From Cylindrospermopsis raciborskii Cr2010 (lineage in GTDB: Bacteria > Cyanobacteriota > Cyanobacteriia > Cyanobacteriales > Nostocaceae), in NCBI RefSeq assembly GCF_003367075.2, contig NZ_CP065936.1, forward strand, positions 1,260,001 through 1,292,000: DNA of 32,000 bases, in the 5' to 3' direction. The position numbers and the translations under genes are program-made. The notes below the pieces were generated by a model. The model searched no databases. It was not told where the DNA came from and saw nothing but the letters and a program-made list of their open reading frames with translations. Every line of letters starts with the position of its first letter. Position 1 is the first letter of the stretch. Positions 1 through 8,119 of this stretch are shown piece by piece.

Positions 1-405
1 TACCTTCTAGCCTTATTATTAGGAGTGAACTTAAATCATAGCTTTGTATCCTTACTACAAGTTATCCTAGTTGTTTTCTTGGGTGCTGGTTGTTTTTGCG
101 CCTTCTCCTTGATTATTGGCTGCCTAGTTAGATCAAGAGAAAGATTTACTGGTATTGGACAATTGATTACCATGCCATTATTTTTTGCTAGTAACGCCAT
201 ATACCCAATTTCCCTAATGCCCGATTGGTTAAAAATAATTTCCCACCTCAATCCCCTCACCTACCAGGTAGATGCTTTACGGGGAATCATGGTAGTCAAC
301 GGAACCACCAATTATGGACTTGAGTTAGATTGCGCAGTTCTTCTGTTAACATTAATAGGCTTAACCTTTATTTGTGGAAGACTTTATCCACGAGTAGTCA
401 TGTAA
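1..405 (+). CDS. ABC-2 type transporter permease, C-terminal part (gene begins upstream of the window)
   Basis: Frame open from base 1 (YLLALLLLGVNLNHSF...). Hydrophobic, with FFASNAIYPISLMPDWLKIISHLNPLTYQVDALRG typical of ABC-2/DrrB-NodJ permeases. Confidence 0.85.
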   Translation, partial: YLLALLLGVNLNHSFVSLLQVILVVFLGAGCFCAFSLIIGCLVRSRERFTGIGQLITMPLFFASNAIYPISLMPDWLKIISHLNPLTYQVDALRGIMVVNGTTNYGLELDCAVLLLTLIGLTFICGRLYPRVVM

Positions 406-423
406 CCAGGAGAAAAACATCCT

Positions 424-879
424 ATGTCCTTCGATAAACCCCCCCAAAAATGTGCAGCTAGGGTAATGGAAACCATTCCCCTATTAATGCGGTTTATTCG
501 AAGTGACATGCGTAATCATAGTGCTGATTCCCTCACCATTCCCCAACTGCGATCGCTCGCCTTTCTCAAACGTAACCCGGGAACTTCCCTTTCCGCAGTA
601 GCAGAGCATCTTGGTGTTACCTGTGCCACAGCTTCCACAACCATCGAAAGACTGGTACAACGCCATCTGGTACAAAGAACAGATCACCCCCAGGAAAGAA
701 GAAAAATAGTATTAAATCTCACCACACAAGGAAAATCCCTCTTAGAAGAATCTCAGGAAAAAACTCGCCTTCATATTGCCGAAATTATTGAGAGCCTAAC
801 CTCGGAAGAACTATTACAAATTGAAACAAGTCTTACTTTGCTAAAAAATGTCTTTGAAAAAACCGAATCTAACCACTGA
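424..879 (+). CDS. MarR-family transcriptional regulator
   Basis: Winged-helix region LTIPQLRSLAFLKRNPGTSLSAVAEHLGVTCATASTTIERLVQRHLVQRTDHPQERRK. Next to exporter genes. Confidence 0.9.
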   Translation: MSFDKPPQKCAARVMETIPLLMRFIRSDMRNHSADSLTIPQLRSLAFLKRNPGTSLSAVAEHLGVTCATASTTIERLVQRHLVQRTDHPQERRKIVLNLTTQGKSLLEESQEKTRLHIAEIIESLTSEELLQIETSLTLLKNVFEKTESNH

Positions 880-2089
880 CCATAGTAGCATCCATGACCC
901 ATTTGCTGCGCTAAGATTTAGAGACTACCGATTATTTACCATAGGAAGGATTCTGTTATTTACAGGTAACCAAATGCAAACAGTAGCCCTAGGTTGGGAA
1001 CTGTATGAACGTACCAACTCCCCTCTAGCCCTAGGTATAGTAGGACTGGCACAAGTATTACCAGTTATATTATTAACCTTAATAGCTGGACACGTAGCGG
1101 ACAAATATAATCGTCAACGCACCACTGTAGTAGCTAGCCTCCTTTTAGCTCTTTGTTCATTGGGATTAGGCATAATCTCTTATACACAGGCACCAGTATT
1201 TTTGATTTATATTTGCCTAGTCCTTACTGGTATAGCCAGAGCCTTCCTCAAACCTGCCAGCGATGCCATGATGTGGCAATTAATACCTCCACAAGTATTT
1301 ACTAATGCTGCCACCTGGGTAAGTGGTAGCTTTCAACTAGCATCAGTAATTGGACCAGCTCTAGGTGGATTTGTTATTGCCATTTTTAATAGTGCCACCC
1401 AGGTGTATATACTCACATCAATTGCATCCCTATCATTTCTAATAGCTGTAGTAGCTATGAACCCACCAGAAGGAAATCTCAGTAAAGAGCCAATATCCCT
1501 GAGATCCTTAGCAGCGGGGGCAGAATTCATTTGGAAGAATCAAATTATATTAGCTGCTATTACACTAGATCTATTTGCTGTTTTATTTGGTGGTGCAGTA
1601 GCACTATTGCCAATATATGCCAAAGACATTTTAAAAGTAGGTCCAGTAGAACTCGGATATTTACAAGCAGCACCGGCCATAGGAGCATTAATTATGGGCG
1701 CGGTGCTGATACAACTTCCACCCATTACTAAAACCTGGTCTACCCTACTATGGTCGGTTTTTGGTTTTGGGGTCACAACCATTATTTTTGGCCTATCCAA
1801 ATGGATGTGGTTATCCCTGCTCATGTTAGCTCTTGGTGGAGGATTAGATACTATTAGCGTAGTCATTCGCCACACCTTAGTACAACTAAAAACCCCGGAA
1901 GAATTAAGAGGTCGTGTGGCAGCCATTAATACAGTATTTATAACTGCATCAAATGAACTAGGAGCTTTTGAATCTGGACTAGTAGCTGCTCTAGTAGGAC
2001 CCATACTTTGCGTAGTTGGTGGAGGAATAGGTACAATTTTAGTAGTTTTAGCAACTATGGTAATTTGGCCCGAACTAAACAAAACATAA
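848..2089 (+). CDS. MFS transporter
   Basis: 413 aa, multiple TM segments; FRDYRLFTIGRILLFTGNQMQTVALGWELYERTNSPLALG...ADKYNRQ. Start overlaps the end of the MarR gene. Confidence 0.9.
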   Translation: MSLKKPNLTTDHSSIHDPFAALRFRDYRLFTIGRILLFTGNQMQTVALGWELYERTNSPLALGIVGLAQVLPVILLTLIAGHVADKYNRQRTTVVASLLLALCSLGLGIISYTQAPVFLIYICLVLTGIARAFLKPASDAMMWQLIPPQVFTNAATWVSGSFQLASVIGPALGGFVIAIFNSATQVYILTSIASLSFLIAVVAMNPPEGNLSKEPISLRSLAAGAEFIWKNQIILAAITLDLFAVLFGGAVALLPIYAKDILKVGPVELGYLQAAPAIGALIMGAVLIQLPPITKTWSTLLWSVFGFGVTTIIFGLSKWMWLSLLMLALGGGLDTISVVIRHTLVQLKTPEELRGRVAAINTVFITASNELGAFESGLVAALVGPILCVVGGGIGTILVVLATMVIWPELNKT

Positions 2090-2103
2090 GAGAGAGGATA
2101 ATC

Positions 2104-3390
2104 ATGACCCTTTGGCTAAAAACAAAGATATACCAGCATTTACCAGCATTTAAATCCCGAAACTTTCGACTTTTCTTTACAGGACAAACCATGTCCTTGT
2201 CAGGAACATTCATGACCCAGGTGACAATTTCTTGGGTAATCTATGACTTGACCAAATCCTCTTGGTTACTTGGGTTAACAGGATTTTTACAATTTTTGCC
2301 CACCGTACTCCTCACCCCATTTTCAGGAGTATTATGCGATCGCTGGAATCAGAAAAAGCTGCTCATACTGGTACAGATTTTAGGCCTAATGGTTTCCACC
2401 ACCTTGACCACACTGACATTTTTAGGATTGATAAAAGTTTGGTTGCTAATAACAGTAGCCATTTTAGGAGGAATGTTAAAAGGTTTAGACATGCCTGTTC
2501 GTTATGCAATAGTGATTAATACCGTAGACGAACGTAACCACTTAGGAAATGCGATCGCCCTTTATTCTGCCATGTTGAGCAGTTCCCTATTAATTGGACC
2601 AGCTGTGGGTGGGATATTGCTGGCCAGCGTAGGAGCCAAATATTGTTTTTTATACGACAGTATAAGTTATATCATTGCCCTGATAACATTAGGTGCGATG
2701 AAACTGCGACCAAAGATAGTAGTAAAGGGGGGAAAGACCGCAAACACCTGGAAAAAATTACAAGAAGGATGGGAATACGTTTTTAAAAATCTAGCAATTC
2801 GGTCAATTCTAATATTATTAACCTTTCATGGTTTAGTAGGTATTTCCTACATGGCAATCCTCCCCGTATTTGCGGGATATATTCTTCAGGGTGATGGGGG
2901 TACAATGGGAATGTTGAGTGCAGCGAGTTCCATAGGTTCCCTCATGGCTTGTGTCTATTTAAGTTTGCGCCGTGAGGTATTAGGATTAGAGAAATTAATG
3001 GCCAGTTGTCCAATCGCTATTGGGTTTGGACTAATAGCCTTTGGTTTATCCAAAACGACCTGGCTATCATTATTAGTTTTAACAGTTATTGGTGGTAGTG
3101 GTATGTTGCAGGTTTCCTGTGGCAATACAATTATTCAAACACTAGTAGAAGATGATAAACGGGGTAGGGTAATGAGTTTATACTCCTTAGCCATAATTGG
3201 CACTTTACCCCTAGGTAACTTGATTGTTGGCAGTTTAGCACAAAACATAGGTGCCCCAAACACAGTTATTGGATGTGGCATTTTTTGTTTGTTAGAATCA
3301 ATCTGGTTCAATCAACAATTACCTCTGCTTAGAGGTAAAATAAGAGAAACTTTAATTTTGTCTACTTCCACCTTAGAAACTGGAGCTTAG
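2104..3390 (+). CDS. MFS transporter (second, DUF894/EntS-like)
   Basis: FKSRNFRLFFTGQTMSLSGTFMTQVTISWVIYDLTKSSWLLG...LCDRWNQKKLL. ATG at 2104 is a better start than the ORF-track start at 2008. Confidence 0.9.
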   Translation: MTLWLKTKIYQHLPAFKSRNFRLFFTGQTMSLSGTFMTQVTISWVIYDLTKSSWLLGLTGFLQFLPTVLLTPFSGVLCDRWNQKKLLILVQILGLMVSTTLTTLTFLGLIKVWLLITVAILGGMLKGLDMPVRYAIVINTVDERNHLGNAIALYSAMLSSSLLIGPAVGGILLASVGAKYCFLYDSISYIIALITLGAMKLRPKIVVKGGKTANTWKKLQEGWEYVFKNLAIRSILILLTFHGLVGISYMAILPVFAGYILQGDGGTMGMLSAASSIGSLMACVYLSLRREVLGLEKLMASCPIAIGFGLIAFGLSKTTWLSLLVLTVIGGSGMLQVSCGNTIIQTLVEDDKRGRVMSLYSLAIIGTLPLGNLIVGSLAQNIGAPNTVIGCGIFCLLESIWFNQQLPLLRGKIRETLILSTSTLETGA

Positions 3391-3402
3391 CAATCTTGTA
3401 GG
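3368..3402. repeat. 35-bp direct repeat, left copy (overlaps the 3' end of the MFS gene)
   Basis: CCACCTTAGAAACTGGAGCTTAGCAATCTTGTAGG, identical to 5668-5702. Bases on both sides of the match differ. Confidence 0.95.
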
Positions 3403-3486
3403 GTCTCTCCTTTTTGCTAGATGCTAGGCTAGATGTGAGGTGTTTGAGTGAATTTGCAGTACATGTACTTACCCATTTAATTAATT

Positions 3487-4932
3487 ATGAAAGTGGCAAT
3501 TTCTAACTTAGGCAATATTCAAAAAGCAGAAATCGAATTAAGTCCGTTCACAGTATTTATTGGTAGAAGTGGTACTGGTAAAAGTTGGACTGCTTATACA
3601 ATAGCTTCTATAGTGAGTAACTATGGTTTTAAGTCTTATCTACAAATATATGAGGACAAAATTAAACGGGAACAGTATAATTTAGAATATGATGTTTTGG
3701 AAGAAAGTATTCAGGAGTTTTTAGAATCGGGCAGTTGTCAGATAAATCTGGTCAACTTTGCACAGAAGTTTGCAGAAAAGTATGTTAATGATCTTGCTAA
3801 AATGTCCCCTAATTGGTTATCAAAATTTCTGGGAACATCCAGGCTAAATTTTAATAATCTGGAAGTTAAATTTTCTATTAATGAATTAAAACAAGACTTA
3901 GTAACCAGAATCAGGCAAATTTCATTTCAGCAAGAGATGAACTATGGGAACCAAGGGTTGAAAGTTTTTAAGCAACAGGATGAAGAAGAGATATATTTTT
4001 ATCAGGTTTACGAGGGTAATAGAGATAGTTTAAAAGATAGCTTAAAACTTCCTCCATTACTAATCAGAGACTTATTTTTAAAAACTATACTGGGAATAAT
4101 CCATGAATGTTTCTATGCTGATGTTCATATCTTTCCCACTGAAAGAACAGCATATATAGGATTTCCTTTTTCTGTGAATTTAAGCAAGCTGATGGAGCTA
4201 GAAATGGAGAAGACAATTTCACCAGAGGAACAAAAACCTATCATGGAAAACCTCATGAAATTCAAAAGATCAAAAAGATCGAGAAGTGGTATTATTGACA
4301 GTCTAACATCTGTCATAGCAAGTGCTGTAATAAAAACAGATCAAGAGAGAGATGAAGAAGCAGAAAAAGACCCACAGATAAAAAAATATATCGACTTGGC
4401 GAATTTTTTACAAGAAAATATTCTGTCTGGCCATGTTAAGTTTAATTCATCACCATTGGTAAATGAAATTATTTTTGAGCCAATCCCAGACGTGAAATTA
4501 GAAATGCACATTACCTCATCTATGATTAAAGAATTGACACCTCTGTACTTGTGCTTACGTTACTTGGCAAAACCTAATGAATTATTAGTGATTGATGAAC
4601 CGGAAATGAATTTACATCCTGCAGCACAGGTGGAAATTACCGAGTTTTTGGCTATGCTGGTGAATGCAGGAATTAAAGTCCTAATTACCACTCACAGTCC
4701 CTATATAGTCAATCATATCTCTAATTTAATTAAAGCTGCCAACTATGAGAACAAAGATACCATAAAAGAAAAATTTTATTTGGAAAGAACCGATGCTTTT
4801 ATTGCACAGAAAAATGTTTCAATATATTTATTTGAAGATGGAACAGCCAAAAACATATTGCATGAAAATGGGCAAATAGACTGGGATACTTTTGCCGATG
4901 TTTCTGACGATGTCGGTCATATTTTGTTCTAG
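3487..4932 (+). CDS. AAA/ABC-type ATPase (AAA_15/AAA_21-like), no evident TOPRIM domain
   Basis: Walker A GRSGTGKS; Walker B LLVIDEPEMNLHP; ITTHSPYIVNHISNLI. C-terminus FLQENI...IYLFEDGTAKNIL...FADVSDDVGHILF. Confidence 0.88.
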   Translation: MKVAISNLGNIQKAEIELSPFTVFIGRSGTGKSWTAYTIASIVSNYGFKSYLQIYEDKIKREQYNLEYDVLEESIQEFLESGSCQINLVNFAQKFAEKYVNDLAKMSPNWLSKFLGTSRLNFNNLEVKFSINELKQDLVTRIRQISFQQEMNYGNQGLKVFKQQDEEEIYFYQVYEGNRDSLKDSLKLPPLLIRDLFLKTILGIIHECFYADVHIFPTERTAYIGFPFSVNLSKLMELEMEKTISPEEQKPIMENLMKFKRSKRSRSGIIDSLTSVIASAVIKTDQERDEEAEKDPQIKKYIDLANFLQENILSGHVKFNSSPLVNEIIFEPIPDVKLEMHITSSMIKELTPLYLCLRYLAKPNELLVIDEPEMNLHPAAQVEITEFLAMLVNAGIKVLITTHSPYIVNHISNLIKAANYENKDTIKEKFYLERTDAFIAQKNVSIYLFEDGTAKNILHENGQIDWDTFADVSDDVGHILF

Positions 4933-4980
4933 TTATATTTTAGTAAAAGCGTTATTTTATTAGAAAGGTGTAATTTCCAG

Positions 4981-5523
4981 ATGCTTTTTGACTATTTACT
5001 ATTATCAGGTTGTTTACTGCCAAATAGATATAGCTATTCAGAAAATGGAGTTAAGATAGAATTGCAACCCCAGAGTGGCGAGTTAATTTTGTTGTTTCAT
5101 ATAGATGATCAATCAAATAGAGATTGTAAATTCAGAAGAGTTTTGGAATTGGATAATCAGGGTATGAAAATGTGTGATTTGATAGTATTTTACGCTAAGG
5201 ATTCAACAAGAAATATATGTTTTATAGAATTAAAAGGTAGAGATATTGAAACCGCAATACAGCAGATAAATAATACATACAAGTACTTTCATGCCAAGCT
5301 AAATCAATCCAATGCATGTAATCTAGTGCCAGAGGTTAATACCAAAGCTTGTATTGTATCCAGAGCTTGTGTGCCAATAAAACCCCTAGATTCCTATACA
5401 TCATATAAAGAATTGAAATATAACTTTGGAAAGGAAAACATTTCTATTAGTAAGTCTTCAAGTTTAGATAGGTTTTTACGAGGTTTAAATTATGAACCTA
5501 AAGGTAAAAAAAATAGGAAATAA
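4981..5523 (+). CDS. Small protein with a PD-(D/E)XK-nuclease-like motif
   Basis: 180 aa; ...GMKMCDLIVFYAKDSTRNICFIELKGRDIETAIQQI fits a D-Xn-ExK pattern followed by a helix. Same strand, 48 bp after the ATPase. Confidence 0.6.
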   Translation: MLFDYLLLSGCLLPNRYSYSENGVKIELQPQSGELILLFHIDDQSNRDCKFRRVLELDNQGMKMCDLIVFYAKDSTRNICFIELKGRDIETAIQQINNTYKYFHAKLNQSNACNLVPEVNTKACIVSRACVPIKPLDSYTSYKELKYNFGKENISISKSSSLDRFLRGLNYEPKGKKNRK

Positions 5524-5667
5524 TCAAAGCCTATTTAAACAAAATATGTAAAATATAGCGATATGCGATTGAATGAGATACAAGCTGACGTGGTAAGCAG
5601 ACGAGTTAACTAGAAAATTGGAATCTGGTCCCAAATACATCTCTTAGCAATAGAATATACTTTAAAA

Positions 5668-5702
5668 CCACCTTAGAAACTGGAGCTTAGCAATCTTGTA
5701 GG
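5668..5702. repeat. 35-bp direct repeat, right copy
   Basis: Exact copy of 3368-3402, offset by 2300 bp. Confidence 0.95.
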
Positions 5703-5731
5703 TTGGGTTGAGGGACGAAACCCAACAAACT
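5698..5731. repeat. Short dispersed intergenic palindromic repeat
   Basis: GTAGGTTGGGTTGAGGGACGAAACCCAACAAAC; arms GTTGGGTT/AACCCAAC. Related copies near 7320-7352 and 22315-22348. Confidence 0.6.
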
Positions 5732-5859
5732 CCAATGTGGACTACAAGCAATTCACCAATGTCGCAGATTGGATTGAGGACCAACCATCTGGGATGATTA
5801 TATGATTATAGGTGTAGACTTCTCTTAGGTTTTGGAACCACACTTGGGTAATTAGAACT

Positions 5860-6447
5860 CTAAATCTCATAGTACCAAATATCTTCTTGATGGACAATAA
5901 TTCGATTAAGAGATTTTCTCTCAATGACTTTTTCCTGTTCTAATTGTCCTAGTAAGCGGGTGACAGTAACCCGAGTAGAACTGATCAACCCAGCCAAATC
6001 TTCATGAGTTAACCGCATATCAATTAAACGTCCTTGTTCTACCTGAGAACCGAATTTTCTCGACAACCACACTAATAATTGAATTAACATTGTTTCGACC
6101 TTTTTATTACCGCGAATTACCATTAATTCCTCTGCTTGCTCAATGTGCTTAAGCCAATCAGTTTTTGATTGATTCCAGTCCTGGGCAAATACCAAGCTTG
6201 CTTCTACGTTAGTTAAACATTGTGCTTGATAAGGTTTTATTCTTGTCAGGGACTGACCGACTATATCCCCCGCACCCCATAACCCCAGTGCTATCATTGT
6301 TCCATCTTCCAAATATGTATTAGTCATAACAAAACCGCTATTTATTTGCCAAAGATGACTATTATCTAATGGTAAAAGCGATCGCCGAGTAAAGTACCTT
6401 TGATGATCGTTAGCAGATAATTGACTTAAATCTGTAGATGATGGCAT
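5860..6447 (-). CDS. Crp/Fnr-family transcriptional regulator
   Basis: GLWGAGDIVGQSL in the cNMP-like domain and C-terminal HTH LTHEDLAGLISSTRVTVTRLLGQLEQEKVIER. Confidence 0.88.
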   Translation of the reverse strand: MPSSTDLSQLSANDHQRYFTRRSLLPLDNSHLWQINSGFVMTNTYLEDGTMIALGLWGAGDIVGQSLTRIKPYQAQCLTNVEASLVFAQDWNQSKTDWLKHIEQAEELMVIRGNKKVETMLIQLLVWLSRKFGSQVEQGRLIDMRLTHEDLAGLISSTRVTVTRLLGQLEQEKVIERKSLNRIIVHQEDIWYYEI

Positions 6448-6547
6448 TATTACTTATATTACAATTAGTCGATTGAGTAATCGTAGTATATATTAAATTA
6501 GGATCCAAAAGATAGATTTTTAGTTTTTTTGCGCTGGGTAGACAAAA

Positions 6548-6583
6548 ATACTAAAACCCGATAGAGTTATGATATTTTAGTAT
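6548..6583. promoter_or_regulatory. Spaced 9-bp inverted repeat, possible operator upstream of the Rrf2 gene
   Basis: ATACTAAAA (6548-6556) and TTTTAGTAT (6575-6583), in the intergenic region between divergent regulator genes. Confidence 0.4.
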
Positions 6584-6632
6584 CATCAATAAGAAAGCAA
6601 CTAGTTTCGCATAAACACCCATAGACAAATCA

Positions 6633-7115
6633 ATGAACAATAGTATTTTAAACAACGATGAAAATAGTCAAAGTTACGGACTTTTAGAACTGTCTGCCAA
6701 AGTAGAGTACGCACTGTTAGCGCTATTAGAGCTAGCTATTAATCACGGGAAGAAAGTTACTCTAACGATCAGCGACATTGCAGCCAAACAACCAATACCA
6801 GAGCGTTACTTAGAGCAGATTCTCACCCAATTACGACGTGCGGGAGTAGTGCAAAGCCAGCGGGGGTCAAAAGGGGGTTTTTTGTTGGTGCGTGAACCTT
6901 GGGAGATAAGCTTGCTAGAGATAGTTTCTTTGATAGAAGGGGAGAGGAATGAAAAGAGAAATGCCAACGTTTTGACCATAGAGAAAACCCTAGTGTGGGA
7001 AATTTGGGAGCGGGCCAACACAGCTTCAGTAGAAGTGCTAGGTCGCTACACCTTGCAGGACTTGTGTCAAGAAAGGGAAATAAGATCACAAGAAAATCCT
7101 ATGTACTATATTTAG
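6633..7115 (+). CDS. Rrf2-family transcriptional regulator
   Basis: LSAKVEYALLALLELA...PIPERYLEQILTQLRRAGVVQSQRGSKGGFLLVREPWEISLLEI is the canonical Rrf2 HTH/wing pattern. Confidence 0.93.
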   Translation: MNNSILNNDENSQSYGLLELSAKVEYALLALLELAINHGKKVTLTISDIAAKQPIPERYLEQILTQLRRAGVVQSQRGSKGGFLLVREPWEISLLEIVSLIEGERNEKRNANVLTIEKTLVWEIWERANTASVEVLGRYTLQDLCQEREIRSQENPMYYI

Positions 7116-7319
7116 ACTATACAAAACAAGTATAATAATATATACCATAGATAAGAATAAACGTATCAATTGTTTATAAGGGCTGCAATATGATAAGGTA
7201 CGCGGGTATATTGATATCCTCAATTGGAATTAACTGCGGATCGCATCACAGTGTAATCTAGGTTGGATTTTCTCAACCCAAGGTGAGTTTAACCATGAGT
7301 TAGGGGTAATTCTTCCCGT

Positions 7320-7352
7320 GGGTTTGTTGGGTTTCGTATTAAACTCAACCTT
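7320..7352. repeat. Dispersed intergenic palindromic repeat (opposite orientation copy)
   Basis: GGGTTTGTTGGGTTTCGTATTAAACTCAACC; its reverse complement resembles 5698-5731. Confidence 0.5.
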
Positions 7353-7380
7353 GTATATTCAGAGAAGTGGTAGGCCATCC

Positions 7381-7420
7381 CAAAGTGGGTCTGGACACCA
7401 GTCAGAGTAAGGGACTAAAA
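7381..7420. repeat. Diverged copy of the leader-proximal 40 bp of the CRISPR array, without an adjacent repeat
   Basis: CAAAGTGGGTCTGGACACCAGTCAGAGTAAGGGACTAAAA matches 8073-8112 at 35 of 40 positions. Confidence 0.75.
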
Positions 7421-7859
7421 GCGATCGCATCTTACAGGTTACTATTGTAACATTTGTCCTAGTACAGTGTTTTTTTGCAGATGGGCGATTGCGAAGCACT
7501 CCTCATAGGCGATCGCTCTTACACAGTCTGTTTTCTAGACTTTACCATTTTGCTAATGTTTTAAGTTGCTATATTTATATATAGATTTTGTGGTATACTG
7601 GTGTGCTAGTAATCCACTATAAACTTTATACTTGATGCCTATTGGGTATTTTGAATCTCATGCGATCGCCAGTAGTAGTGTTAATAAAAACAGTGGTTCG
7701 GATAGTTTTTTCATCTCATCTAGAACCTGGCTGGATTTGTTCTCTAAAATCTCTAATAAACGACTGACATTAGAAAATTTAAATGTTACATTATATTGTT
7801 GGTTCTACAATATTGACTATTATTCTATAAATCCTCTATAATAGGGGAATTCCAGGATT

Positions 7860-8119
7860 TATTTTAAATTTTATTAACCAAGTATATTTAAAAAGTAAAG
7901 TAATACAAATGACACTAAAACTAGTAATTAACGAAGGAACTGCGAAGGTCAAGAAAAAACGCTGGAATGCCTATTATTTCGTCGGGAACCTCGCAGCCTT
8001 GTGGGGTAAGGGTTTCAGCCATTATTTTGAGGGTAGTGGAGGTGAAAAAGAGAGAAATTTTGCTGACCTTCGCAAAGTGGGTCTAGACACCAGTCAGGGC
8101 AAGGGCTTAAAATGGAGGG
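7860..8119 (+). promoter_or_regulatory. Probable CRISPR leader region
   Basis: AT-rich non-coding DNA directly before the first repeat, ending GCAAAGTGGGTCTAGACACCAGTCAGGGCAAGGGCTTAAAATGGAGGG. The repeats end in GGAAAC, implying + strand transcription. Confidence 0.6.

Noticed and set aside
2557-2564. Recurring GCGATCGC octamers across the window
   Set aside because: HIP1-type sequence, known to be highly over-represented in many cyanobacterial genomes. Not locus-specific.
4125-4316. Antisense ORFs such as 4125-4316, 1540-2082, 15699-15932, 18503-18919 and 26381-26710
   Set aside because: They lie opposite to or in alternate frames of well-supported genes and show no independent protein features.
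3487-5523. Calling the ATPase/nuclease pair Septu, Gabija or PARIS
   Set aside because: The partner lacks visible HNH, UvrD-helicase or DUF4435 signatures, and the ATPase shows no TOPRIM. Naming a specific system would be unsupported.
5742-5924. 60-aa minus-strand ORF
   Set aside because: Overlaps the Crp/Fnr gene end, with no recognisable domain or plausible start context.
7632-7841. 69-aa ORF MMPIGYFESHAIASS...
   Set aside because: Short, no recognisable motif, AT-rich intergenic context. Cannot be supported as a gene.
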